A stretch of 64,000 nt of DNA from Candidatus Wildermuthbacteria bacterium (GTDB lineage Bacteria; Patescibacteriota; Minisyncoccia; Minisyncoccales; UBA10102), in assembly GCA_016181405.1 (NCBI GenBank), contig JACOZJ010000005.1, positions 25,309 to 89,308 on the forward strand, given 5' to 3'. The notes beneath the pieces were generated by a model. That model was not told where the DNA came from and did no database searches. It saw only the letters and a program-made list of their open reading frames with translations. Of this stretch, positions 18,091 through 27,377 are shown piece by piece; the stretch's first letter is position 1, and every line of letters begins with the position of its first letter. Made by a program: the position numbers and the translations under genes.

Positions 18091-19104
18091 ATGCAAGATC
18101 AAGATAAAAAGATATACGGCGTATTCGAGGGTGGGGGAGTGAAAGGCACGGGATTGGTAGGCGCCGTGGAAGTAACAGAGCAACAGGGGTATGAATTCCG
18201 CAATGTGGCGGGGACTTCAGCGGGCGCCATTGTGGCTTCGTTCGTGGCCGCGGGCTACAGTTCTGCTGAAATGAAAGAAATTATGTTTGCTTTGGACTAC
18301 CGGCGTTTTCAGGACGGCGGTTTTTTGAACAATATTCCCTTGTTGGGTAAACCTTTGAGCTTGTTGCTGCATAAAGGAATATATAAGGGTGACTATTTTG
18401 AGCGTTGGATACGCGATTTATTATTGCGAAAGAATATCCGTACGTTTGGGGATTTGGTGCTTCCGGAAGCGGAAATTGCTCCCCGATGGCGTTACCGCCT
18501 GCAGGTGGTTGCCTCTGATATTAGCAGAGGCAAACTTATTGTTTTGCCATGGGACGCGCTCGATTATGGCATAGCGCCAGATGAGCTTGATGTGGCGCGG
18601 GCAGTCAGGATGAGCATGAGCATTCCATATTTTTACAATCCCGTGGTCATGAAAGATACGCAACAGCACCCTGCTTATTTGGTGGATGGGGGAGTCTTAA
18701 GCAACTATCCGGTTCGGCTGTTTGATCCCGAAAGCGACAACACCACGCCCGTATGGCCAACATTCGGATATAAATTGGTGGAGCCAGACGAGGGGAAGCC
18801 CCGAGTCATTCGAGGCCCAATCAGCCTCTTGACCGCGCTATTCTCAACCATGATGGAAGCGCACGACGCGCGGTATATTAAAGACGCGAACTTTATGCGC
18901 ACCATACCCATTGAAACGCTCGGTATTCAAACCACGCAGTTTGATATGACGACGCAGCAAAAACAAGATTTGTACGACAGCGGGAAAAAAGCCGCCACGG
19001 AATTTTTCGCCACCTGGAGTTTTGAAGAATACGTTCAAAAAAATCTGAAAGAAGAACACCGAAGCAAAAAAGTGTGGAGAAAAGAAGCGGCATTTGAGGT
19101 TTGA
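18091..19104 (+). CDS. patatin-like phospholipase
   Basis: Contains GVFEGGGVKG (oxyanion GGGxxG), AGTSAGA (GxSxG nucleophile) and VDGGVLSNYP (DGG catalytic Asp). Confidence 0.9.
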   Translation: MQDQDKKIYGVFEGGGVKGTGLVGAVEVTEQQGYEFRNVAGTSAGAIVASFVAAGYSSAEMKEIMFALDYRRFQDGGFLNNIPLLGKPLSLLLHKGIYKGDYFERWIRDLLLRKNIRTFGDLVLPEAEIAPRWRYRLQVVASDISRGKLIVLPWDALDYGIAPDELDVARAVRMSMSIPYFYNPVVMKDTQQHPAYLVDGGVLSNYPVRLFDPESDNTTPVWPTFGYKLVEPDEGKPRVIRGPISLLTALFSTMMEAHDARYIKDANFMRTIPIETLGIQTTQFDMTTQQKQDLYDSGKKAATEFFATWSFEEYVQKNLKEEHRSKKVWRKEAAFEV

Positions 19105-19135
19105 CTCGCTGGGTGTCTAGGTGTACACTGGAGAC
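19101..19135 (+). promoter_or_regulatory. promoter (TTGACT-17-TACACT) overlapped by an imperfect palindrome (GTCTagGTGTACACtggAGAC), a likely TA operator
   Basis: The palindrome centre GTGTACAC is perfect. The ATG at 19138 follows almost immediately. Confidence 0.4.
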
Positions 19136-19137
19136 GT

Positions 19138-19353
19138 ATGGCTACCTCAATTTCAACAAAAACAAGCTCGGTGAAACAGCTTCAAAGAGAAGTAGAGCTG
19201 CTCCGCTCTTTTGTGATCGGCCAAACAGGAAGGGATCCAGAGGGTGAATACAGGCCAGAGTTTGTAAAAAAAATACTCAAGGCGGCACAGGAACCTCCCG
19301 CGTATGAGTTTACAGATGCCGATTCTTTTTTGAAACATATCCGCGGCAAATAG
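19138..19353 (+). CDS. putative antitoxin of the downstream RelE/ParE-family toxin
   Basis: 71 aa, 6 nt upstream of the toxin gene in the classical antitoxin-toxin order. I did not recognise the family. Confidence 0.45.
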   Translation: MATSISTKTSSVKQLQREVELLRSFVIGQTGRDPEGEYRPEFVKKILKAAQEPPAYEFTDADSFLKHIRGK

Positions 19354-19359
19354 TGAGCT

Positions 19360-19623
19360 ATGGTAAGAGTGTACTACAGCGGCCGCTTCAGGAAGAGCGT
19401 GAAACGCTTGAATGAAAAACAGCAAGCCCAGTTAGCACGGCTTGTTGTTTTGTTGAAAGAGAATCCGTTTGACTCGTTGCTCCATACGAAGTCCCTATCG
19501 GGGCGGCTTGCCGGCATTTATTCGTTTCGCATTACTAGAGAATATCGGGTGCTTTTCAGGTTTTTGTCTCCCGATGAAATTCTCCTTATCGACGTGGGAG
19601 GCCGAAAAGATATTTACCGGTAA
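19360..19623 (+). CDS. type II toxin, RelE/ParE (plasmid stabilisation) superfamily
   Basis: 87 aa. ...FRKSVKRL...LKENPF...[38 protein letters not shown] is the typical pattern. Confidence 0.75.
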   Translation: MVRVYYSGRFRKSVKRLNEKQQAQLARLVVLLKENPFDSLLHTKSLSGRLAGIYSFRITREYRVLFRFLSPDEILLIDVGGRKDIYR

Positions 19624-19640
19624 TTATATATATACCAATT

Positions 19641-19715
19641 ATGTCTTTATCCGTCGGAATTGTTGGGTTGCCGAATGTGGGGAAATCCACGCTGTTTCAG
19701 GCGCTTACGAAAAAG
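19641..19715 (+). pseudogene. ychF: 5' fragment of ychF (Obg-like ATPase) carrying the P-loop
   Basis: [25 protein letters not shown] is the YchF N-terminus with the G1 motif. Homology is then lost and the frame stops at 19772. Confidence 0.8.
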
Positions 19716-19768
19716 AAGAGGAGAAGCTTGACCTTAAATATATTTTTGAGTACAATGCGAGTAAGTAT

Positions 19769-19993
19769 ATGAAAGAGATTGCTCCGCAAGTTACAACCGA
19801 CGAAAAAACGCAATTTGGCAAACCCGTGATTGCCGGCACAAGAGTGCCGGTAGAGGTTGTTATTGGCCATATCGCCACGGGAGACGCCATTGAAACAGTG
19901 ATGAAAGAATACGGACTGACCCGAGAACAGGTTTTGGCTGCTTTGAAATATGCCGCAAAACTTGTTGGCGAAGAAATGCTCATAGCCAAATAA
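19769..19993 (+). CDS. DUF433 domain protein (putative antitoxin)
   Basis: 74 aa. [47 protein letters not shown] matches the DUF433 pattern. It overlaps the next gene by 1 nt (TAATG). Confidence 0.7.
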   Translation: MKEIAPQVTTDEKTQFGKPVIAGTRVPVEVVIGHIATGDAIETVMKEYGLTREQVLAALKYAAKLVGEEMLIAK

Positions 19994-20358
19994 TGCTTTT
20001 TCTTATTGATGAAAACACCACATCTTCAATAAGGACTTTATTTGAAGAAAAGGGATTCGCGGCAGAATGTGTGAAAGATATACACGAACTTCGCGGCCAA
20101 CCCGACGAAGTCGTTTTTGATTACGCAGTCGCCAAGCAAGCCGTTATTGTTACAAAAGATCTCGGATTCGCCAATCCGATTAGATTCCCATTATCTCAAC
20201 TGATCGGTTTGGTTGTTTTACGATTTCCAAATGAAATTTCGGTGACTATCCTGTATAAAGAAGTTGAAAGGCTGATTGAAGGAATGGAGGAACAAGACTT
20301 CCGTAAGCGAATAATTGTAATTGAGCCGGGCAGTGTCCGTTCACGCCGTCTCCCATAA
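19993..20358 (+). CDS. DUF5615 (PIN-like/Mut7-C-like) protein (putative toxin)
   Basis: 121 aa. [22 protein letters not shown]...DEVVFDYAVAKQAVIVTKDLGFAN is typical of DUF5615 partners of DUF433. Confidence 0.65.
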   Translation: MLFLIDENTTSSIRTLFEEKGFAAECVKDIHELRGQPDEVVFDYAVAKQAVIVTKDLGFANPIRFPLSQLIGLVVLRFPNEISVTILYKEVERLIEGMEEQDFRKRIIVIEPGSVRSRRLP

Positions 20359-20368
20359 CACATATCAA

Positions 20369-21330
20369 ATGTCTGCACTATCCGTCGGAATTGTGGGGAA
20401 GTTCCCGATGAGCGGCTGCAAAAGCTTGCTGATTTTTTCCAGTCCAAGAAAGTCATCCCCACGATTATTGAGTTTGTGGATATCGCGGGCCTGGTGCGCG
20501 GGGCAAACAAGGGCGAAGGTTTGGGCAATCAGTTTTTGGCGAACATACGCGAGGTGGACGCCATTGTGCAGGTGGTACGCTGTTTTGAAAACGCGAATAT
20601 ATCGCATGTGGATGAAACGATAGATCCTTTGCGCGATATGGAAACGGTCCAGACAGAATTGATTCTGAAAGATTTAGAAACTCTGCAAAAACGACTGGCA
20701 AGCGTTGAGAAAGAAGCGCGGGCGCAAAACAAAGAGGCAACGGCGCGGCAAACCGTGTTGCAAGGGCTTCTGCGGAGCATGAATCAGGGGGTTCCGGCGT
20801 TTCAGTTCGTAAAAGAAAATCCCGACAGCGCAGAAACAATACACGAATTGTTTCTTCTTTCCGCGAAGCCAACCCTTTATTTATTGAACGCCGATACGGA
20901 AAAAGAGGCGGCTGGAGCGATTTCATACGCAAAAAAGCTCGGAGCGCCCTACGCGGTAATGAATATTAAAGAAGAAGAGGAGAAAGTGGGGCTTTCGCCA
21001 GAGGAGCTTCGCGAATTGGATTTGTCTGCGCCGCGACTCCCCGAACTCATCACAAAAGCATATGAAGCGCTTGGCTTGATTACATTTTTTACCACCGGAC
21101 CCGATGAAACTCGAGCGTGGACCGTGCGATGCGGCGCCAAAGCGCCGGATGCCGGCGGCGCGATACACAGCGACTTTAAAGAGAAGTTTATCCGGGCGGC
21201 CGTGATTCAATGGGATACATTGCTTAAGGCCGGCGGCACGGCAGAGGCCATGGCGCAAGGGCTTATTCGTACGGAAGGCAAAGAATACGTTGTGAAAGAT
21301 GGAGATGTCATAGAGATCAAGCATGGATAA
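20369..21330 (+). pseudogene. ychF: ychF body lacking the P-loop, with a frameshifted duplicated start
   Basis: ATGTCTGCACTATCCGTCGGAATTGTGGGG repeats the 19641 start. The YchF-homologous frame (EVPDERLQKLADFFQ...IIEFVDIAGLVRGANKGEGLGNQFL...C-terminal TGS-like GKEYVVKDGDVIEIKH) differs from that ATG frame, and about 35 residues including GLPNVGKST are absent. Confidence 0.8.
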
Positions 21331-21342
21331 AAATACCGCCTC

Positions 21343-21936
21343 TCATGTATTGAGGGGCGATTTAGCTCTCACGCCTGTTGCCTTAGCAAGTAGGATAGAG
21401 AGAGCTCGAAAGGCCAAGAAGCCGAGAAGATAGACGAGAAGCGGCACCGCAAGGAATGCTCCTGTTTCTAGTAACAGGAGGCGAGTGCTTGGGTCATCCC
21501 TGCGAAACAGAAATCCTGAAATTGGTAGGAAGGTGTAGGGGATGAGGGTTGCGTTTTCGAGCGCGGTAAGGCAGAAGTAGAAGGTGATGGAAGGCAGGGA
21601 TATGATGGCAACTCTATGGATAATAGTCTTTGCTACTCGTGGTGTTGTTCGATACAAGAGCGGGATCCCAACGGCAAAGATGCAAACGATTTCAGCGCTA
21701 AAAATAAGCAAAGACCCCCCTAGAAATGTAAACTTGGAGAAAATGAGCTGAACGACGACGTTCGCTTCACATTTCAGTACATCTCCCTCGCAGTCGGTCA
21801 GGAAAAGGAAATAATATGTGCTTGCGAAATCCGCGAGCACTGAAAGCGAGAATATGCTGAAGACAAACACGAATGTCCATTTCGCACCAAAGGGATCAAT
21901 CACCCAGCCCTGGAGATTGTTAATGATCTGCTTCAT
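21343..21936 (-). CDS. polytopic membrane protein, unknown function
   Basis: 197 aa with about 5-6 hydrophobic helices. This is the only convincing minus-strand gene. GGAGGAG lies upstream of its ATG. Confidence 0.5.
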   Translation of the reverse strand: MKQIINNLQGWVIDPFGAKWTFVFVFSIFSLSVLADFASTYYFLFLTDCEGDVLKCEANVVVQLIFSKFTFLGGSLLIFSAEIVCIFAVGIPLLYRTTPRVAKTIIHRVAIISLPSITFYFCLTALENATLIPYTFLPISGFLFRRDDPSTRLLLLETGAFLAVPLLVYLLGFLAFRALSILLAKATGVRAKSPLNT

Positions 21937-21983
21937 GTTCTCCTCCTTGGAAAGGTTATATCATATTTCGCTATTTTGTCTAT

Positions 21984-23174
21984 ATGAAGTTTTTTGAAAT
22001 TAAAAAACAAAGTAAAAAATCCAAAGCACGCGTGGGAATTATCCATACGGCGCATGGAGATATTCATACGCCTGCATTCGTGCCCGTGGCCACAAAGGGG
22101 ACTTTAAAAACTATCCCACCGCGCGAGTTTCAAGAAATAGGCGTCCAAGTGGCTTTCGTGAATACGTTTCATTTGGTTTCGCATCCAGGAGCAAACGTGA
22201 TACAGAAGTTTGGCGGCATTCACGCATATGCTAAACTTGGCATTCCTTTAATGTCAGACTCTGCGGGGTTCCAGGTGTTTTCATTGGGTGGGCGGAAACC
22301 CTTCGACTCCGCTCAGGGTGATTCGCAAAAGCGAATCAAAACCCATGAGGGCGAAGAAGTGCCGGTCAAAAAAATTTCAGAGGAAGGCGTGCTTTTCCGA
22401 GCGCCGCGCGACGGAAAAGAAATACTCTTTACTCCAGAACTCTCTATAAAATACCAGCAGCAGATTGGAGCCGATTTGATTATGGCGTTTGATGAATGTA
22501 TTTACCATGGCGCCGATTACGAATATACAAAACAAGCTACAGAGCGTACGCACCGATGGCTTGAGCGGTGCATAAAAGCCAAAGGAAGTCCTTCGACTCT
22601 CCCTCGACAAGCTCGGGATCGCTCAGGATTGCAGCAATTCCTCTACGGAATTGTGCAAGGAGGCGTGTTTAAGGATTTGCGGGAAGAGTCCGCGAAATTT
22701 ATAGGGGAGCAAAAAGTAGATGGCGTTGCAATAGGCGGAGTAGCGGTTGGAGAAACGAAGAAAGAAATACGCGAGCAATTACGCTGGGTTGCTCCCTATC
22801 TTCCTGAAGACAAACCGGTGCATTTGCTTGGTATTGGGCAGAGCGATGATATTCTCGACGCAGTGCGGTATGGTGTGGATACCTTTGATTGCGTAGAGCC
22901 CACGCGTCTGGCCCGCAATGGTGTTGTCTATACAAAACGAGGCCGCACTTTTGGCCGCATTGATTTGAACCGGAGGACATATCTTGCGAATAAGAATCCC
23001 ATACAAAAAAACTGCGGGTGTTACGCCTGCAGAAATTTCTCGTTGTCGTTCATTCACCATCTCTTCAAGGAACGAGAGCTCCTCGGCCACTATTTAGCCA
23101 CGTGGCATAATTTGTATTCCTTTGCCGAGTTTTTTCGCAATCTCCGAGAACAAATTGCCGCGGGGAAAATTTAA
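21984..23174 (+). CDS. tgt: tRNA-guanine transglycosylase (queuine tRNA-ribosyltransferase)
   Basis: Contains HTPAFVPVATKGTLK, NTFHL, SDSAGFQVFSLG, MAFDEC, GIVQGG, LLGIG and the C-terminal Zn motif CGCYAC...H. It carries two GC-rich in-frame insertions. Confidence 0.9.
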   Translation: MKFFEIKKQSKKSKARVGIIHTAHGDIHTPAFVPVATKGTLKTIPPREFQEIGVQVAFVNTFHLVSHPGANVIQKFGGIHAYAKLGIPLMSDSAGFQVFSLGGRKPFDSAQGDSQKRIKTHEGEEVPVKKISEEGVLFRAPRDGKEILFTPELSIKYQQQIGADLIMAFDECIYHGADYEYTKQATERTHRWLERCIKAKGSPSTLPRQARDRSGLQQFLYGIVQGGVFKDLREESAKFIGEQKVDGVAIGGVAVGETKKEIREQLRWVAPYLPEDKPVHLLGIGQSDDILDAVRYGVDTFDCVEPTRLARNGVVYTKRGRTFGRIDLNRRTYLANKNPIQKNCGCYACRNFSLSFIHHLFKERELLGHYLATWHNLYSFAEFFRNLREQIAAGKI

Positions 23175-23421
23175 TTGCCGAGTTTGTGAAGCGGGCTGTT
23201 CGGGCTGACCGGAGCGCCAAAAAACTGCCGTACATTGAGCCCGTCTTCTCCCAAAGATGGTACCGAAAAGTCAAAACTCTTCCAAATGTCACCTCCTTCG
23301 TAGATGCCTACGAGAGCAGTAATTATGAGAAGGGGAATGAGTATGAGATGCATAGAATAATAAAATAATACGGGAAAGCCTGGTGTTTGTCAACTACAAA
23401 GTTTTCAACTAAGATAGCGTA

Positions 23422-24165
23422 ATGATTGTAAAACCGATTAAAACTCGCAAGGTAAGGCCTGGGGAAGACAATAATCTCTATGCGCTCTTGGACGACTATC
23501 TGCCGAGATTGCGCGAAGGGTCGATAGTGGCAATTACTTCCAAGGTTGTTGCCATTTGCGAGGGTAGGTTTGCTGGCATAGGAAAGATATCCAAAAACAA
23601 ACTTATAGAGCAAGAGTCAGAGTACTTTTTGCCGCGCGGCAAAAATGGATTTTATCTTACTATTAAGTATAATCTTCTCATCCCTTCGGCAGGCATCGAC
23701 GAGTCGAATGGAAACGGCTATTACATCCTTTGGCCCGGAGATCCGCAGAGAACCGCGAACAAGGTGCGAAAATATCTGGCAAAGAAATTCAACCTGAAAA
23801 GGGTTGGCGTGATTATTACCGACAGCAAAACAAATCCATTGCGGTGGGGGGTAACCGGAGTTTCTATTACGCACAGCGGGTTTGCGCCTATGAATAATTA
23901 TATTGGGACAAAAGATATTTTTGGAAGGGAGTTAAAGTATACCAAAACAAATATTATGGACGCTTTAGGCACGGCCGCGGTATTGATTATGGGCGAAGGC
24001 AAAGAGCAGACGCCCCTTGCCGTTATTGAGGACATTCCGTTTGTAAAGTTTCAGCAGCGTAACCCCACGCAAAAAGAATTGCGAGAGGTTCGCATCACCA
24101 TGATGCAGGATGATTTGTACCGGAAGCTTCTCACTCGCGTAAAGTGGCGCAAAGGCGGGAGTTAA
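23422..24165 (+). CDS. CofE/FbiB-like gamma-glutamyl ligase family protein
   Basis: 247 aa. The pattern ...GSIVAITSKVVAICEGR...SAGIDESN...GVIITDS...G...GFAP is typical of the F420-0:gamma-glutamyl ligase fold. Confidence 0.55.
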   Translation: MIVKPIKTRKVRPGEDNNLYALLDDYLPRLREGSIVAITSKVVAICEGRFAGIGKISKNKLIEQESEYFLPRGKNGFYLTIKYNLLIPSAGIDESNGNGYYILWPGDPQRTANKVRKYLAKKFNLKRVGVIITDSKTNPLRWGVTGVSITHSGFAPMNNYIGTKDIFGRELKYTKTNIMDALGTAAVLIMGEGKEQTPLAVIEDIPFVKFQQRNPTQKELREVRITMMQDDLYRKLLTRVKWRKGGS

Positions 24166-24192
24166 AGCGCTTTTCTGGGGATAACAATCTTC

Positions 24193-24221
24193 TTGACGCG
24201 ATTATCTCGTAAGGGGATAAT
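24193..24221 (+). promoter_or_regulatory. sigma-70-type promoter (TTGACG-17-GATAAT)
   Basis: Read directly. It lies about 115 nt upstream of the ATG at 24339. Confidence 0.4.
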
Positions 24222-24338
24222 ATAGAATATAAGATATAAGAGAACTTCTACTGGCGGGATATTTCAACAATGTTGCCAGCAAGAAGTTTTTTGTTATTTT
24301 AAAGGTCGAAAACATAAGCAATGTAACAAAAAAACAAC

Positions 24339-25715
24339 ATGAAAAAATTTTTTTCTGTTCTAGTATTAGTGGGCCTCGCTGTTTCTGGCGTGGCTGTTGG
24401 GCAAGTTGAGCCACCCTTGGTTGAAGAAGAGCTTGCTGTGGGAGGGGCCATGGAAGTGGAAAAGGTAGTGACTACGCCAGAGATTCCGCCAGATCCCGAA
24501 ATCTGTTTTTTGGCAGATACCACTGGGAGTATGGGTCCTGCGATTGTTAATGTACAGGCAAACGCGGTAGCCGTGATGAATAGCATTCAAGGATCCCAGC
24601 CAACTGCCGAGTTCTGCGTAGGTCAGTATAAGGACTTTGGAGATGTTTTTGTCTTTAATCTCGATCAGGCAATGACAGGGAATACGACAACTGTGCAAAC
24701 GGCAATCAATAGTTGGTCTGCTTCTGGGGGAGGAGATACGCCAGAAGCACAATTGACCGCCTTGCATGAATTAGCGACTAATCCCGCGGTTGGATACGAT
24801 GGTCCCAATCGAATTATTGTTTGGTTCGGAGATGCTTCTGGACATGATCCAAGCGGCGTGAATACGCAAGCTTCGGTGATTGCCGATCTCACGACAGCCC
24901 CTGGTATTAAGGTAATCGCAATACCGGTGAATAGCGGATTTGGCGACGGATTAGATGCTACTGGCCAAGCTACTGCAATTACAGGAGCTACCGGTGGAGT
25001 ATTGCTGCCAGATGCTACTCCTGAGCAGCTGTCTCAAGCAATCTTGGATGGCCTTGCGCAGCTGACGACCGATGTATGGTGGGAAATTGATCCTGCTACA
25101 TGCGACGCAGGCCTGAATGTTACGCTTGACCCTGCGGTACACTTGGGCGTTCCAGGTGGGACACCAGTGAACTTTACCGAGACAATCGCAGTGGACAATG
25201 ATCCAGCCCTTGAAGGGACAACACTGCAGTGTGTTGTGACATTTATCGCAAACCACTATCCAGAGGAAGGAGCTCCAATCGGAAGAGAATTGATTCGGAT
25301 TACGGTGCCAGATACGACACCGCCTACGGCTCAATGCGTGGAGACGGTAAATCCACACGGGCAAACCGTGCCAAAAGCGCCTGCCAAGGGCGGACAAGGG
25401 CAGAATCAAGATGGGTACTATGAACTGCTTGCAAGAGATCTTCTCGATCCCAATCCTGCAGTATGGCTAAAAGATACGGGTAGTGGAACACTCTTTGGTC
25501 CATTTGCTTCGGGCATAAAGGTTAAGTACGTGGAAGCAAATGGTGCCACTCCAAGCCAGACTCCGATGGGCGGCAATAACGGCAACGGAAACGGACAGGC
25601 TACTTCAGTTGATTGGCAGATTAAGGGAACCGGAGACGCCGCGGTATATGCGGTTGACGCTGCGGGGAATACATCCGCAGAAGAAAGTTGTCTTGTTCCT
25701 CCTCCGCCAAAGTAA
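24339..25715 (+). CDS. secreted von Willebrand factor A (vWA) domain protein
   Basis: Signal peptide MKKFFSVLVLVGLAVSGVAVG, a MIDAS-like FLADTTGSMG, and a C-terminal beta-rich region. Confidence 0.6.
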   Translation: MKKFFSVLVLVGLAVSGVAVGQVEPPLVEEELAVGGAMEVEKVVTTPEIPPDPEICFLADTTGSMGPAIVNVQANAVAVMNSIQGSQPTAEFCVGQYKDFGDVFVFNLDQAMTGNTTTVQTAINSWSASGGGDTPEAQLTALHELATNPAVGYDGPNRIIVWFGDASGHDPSGVNTQASVIADLTTAPGIKVIAIPVNSGFGDGLDATGQATAITGATGGVLLPDATPEQLSQAILDGLAQLTTDVWWEIDPATCDAGLNVTLDPAVHLGVPGGTPVNFTETIAVDNDPALEGTTLQCVVTFIANHYPEEGAPIGRELIRITVPDTTPPTAQCVETVNPHGQTVPKAPAKGGQGQNQDGYYELLARDLLDPNPAVWLKDTGSGTLFGPFASGIKVKYVEANGATPSQTPMGGNNGNGNGQATSVDWQIKGTGDAAVYAVDAAGNTSAEESCLVPPPPK

Positions 25716-25739
25716 TCTGAAATGCTGATATGAGCAAAA

Positions 25740-25766
25740 CGAGCAGATTCAACGTCTGCTCGTTTT
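25740..25766. terminator. bidirectional-looking rho-independent terminator
   Basis: AAAA-CGAGCAGA-ttcaacg-TCTGCTCG-TTTT. Confidence 0.7.
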
Positions 25767-25787
25767 GTGTTAAACTGGGGGATTCTT

Positions 25788-26213
25788 ATGAAACGAGTCA
25801 TTATTTTCGGTATTTTTGATGGTGTACATGACGGGCATCGAGATTTGTTCCGCCAAGCCCGTGAGTTAGGCGACGAACTCGTGGTTATCGTTGGGCGCGA
25901 CGAAATCGCAGAAAAACTTAAAGGTAAAAAGCCCAAATACGCAGAAGATGAACGCATTAGGCTGGTACAGCGTGAGCCGCTCGTGGATAACGCCATACTC
26001 GGGGATAGGGAACTTTCAGCATACACAATGCTAGAACAGTGCAATCCTGATGTGGTGTGTTTAGGGTATGACCAAGATGAACTCGAAGAGGACTTACGGC
26101 GCTGGCTGGCCCTTCGACTTGCTCAGGGTAAACAGGACAAAAGCATACAAATTTATCGGGCCAAGCCCTATCGAGAAAGTACTTTTCACAGCTCGCTCAT
26201 ACAGGGGAGTTGA
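25788..26213 (+). CDS. cytidylyltransferase-like nucleotidyltransferase (RibL/TagD-type, HxGH)
   Basis: MKRVIIFGIFDGVHDGHRDLFRQAR...LVVIVGRDE. It carries an in-frame GC-rich mini-insert (LALRLAQGK). Confidence 0.65.
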   Translation: MKRVIIFGIFDGVHDGHRDLFRQARELGDELVVIVGRDEIAEKLKGKKPKYAEDERIRLVQREPLVDNAILGDRELSAYTMLEQCNPDVVCLGYDQDELEEDLRRWLALRLAQGKQDKSIQIYRAKPYRESTFHSSLIQGS

Positions 26214-26263
26214 ATTTTGGATGTATTTACAAAAAGGCAGTTTTGCTGTAAAATGGGAGCGTT

Positions 26264-27109
26264 ATGGATAGTATTCATATTAGTTTGCAGGCAGAAACGC
26301 TAGGGTATTTATTCGGGTTGCCAATAACAAATAGTTTGGTGCTCTCTTTAGTGACCGCTTTTTCCCTTGTGGGAGGCGGTTTTTTGGTGGCAAAAAGGCT
26401 AAAGTGGGTACCGGGTAAAGCACAAGGCATGGTGGAGCTTATTATAGGCGGGCTTTTAGATTTTATGGCGCAGGTGGTGGGCGATCGAAAGCAGGCGCTC
26501 ACGTTTTTTCCTTTAGTAGCTACAATTTTTTTATTTATTCTGTTCAATAATTGGATTGGTGTGTTGCCCGGTATCGGATCGTTTGGATTTTATACAGTAG
26601 CAGAGGCGACCGAAGAAGAGATTAAAATTGGCGAGGAAGTCGGATTGATACCTGAAGAAGAAGCAGTGCAACTCGAAAAAGAGCTCAAACATGAAGAAAA
26701 GGAGTTCGTGCCTTTTTTCCGTTCGGCTAATGCAGACCTGAACACCACTTTTGCCTTGGCAATCATTGCCGTGTTTGCGGTTCAGCTGTACGCCATTCAA
26801 AAGCTTGGATTTTTCGCACAGGTAGGCAAATATATCGACTTTAAACATGGTCCTATCCATTTTTTTGTGGGGCTGCTGGAGATTGTGGGTGAGTTTGCAA
26901 GGATAGTTTCGTTCTCTTTCCGTTTATTCGGCAATATATTCGCAGGAGAAGTGCTCTTAGTTATCATTATGACACTGGTGCCGGTTGTGATACCCTTGCC
27001 TTTCATTTTCCTTGAATTTTTTGTAGGATTCATTCAGGCGCTGGTATTCGCGATGTTGACGCTGGTATTTTTGAAAGTTGCCACCATGAAGGTGGAGCCC
27101 GAACATTAA
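26264..27109 (+). CDS. atpB: F0F1 ATP synthase subunit a
   Basis: Contains SFSFRLFGNIFAGEVLL (the essential Arg motif) and multiple TM helices. It sits first in the atp operon and has an acidic loop insertion. Confidence 0.9.
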   Translation: MDSIHISLQAETLGYLFGLPITNSLVLSLVTAFSLVGGGFLVAKRLKWVPGKAQGMVELIIGGLLDFMAQVVGDRKQALTFFPLVATIFLFILFNNWIGVLPGIGSFGFYTVAEATEEEIKIGEEVGLIPEEEAVQLEKELKHEEKEFVPFFRSANADLNTTFALAIIAVFAVQLYAIQKLGFFAQVGKYIDFKHGPIHFFVGLLEIVGEFARIVSFSFRLFGNIFAGEVLLVIIMTLVPVVIPLPFIFLEFFVGFIQALVFAMLTLVFLKVATMKVEPEH

Positions 27110-27144
27110 AAGGTCAGTCGGAAACAATAATAATCATTAATTAA

Positions 27145-27375
<231 letters not shown>

Positions 27376-27377
27376 TA

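Noticed and set aside
23171-23353. A 60-aa minus-strand ORF with a hydrophobic N-terminus in the tgt-cofE spacer.
   Set aside because: It is short, overlaps the tgt stop region, has no recognisable SD or family, and could not be supported. The spacer remains unexplained.
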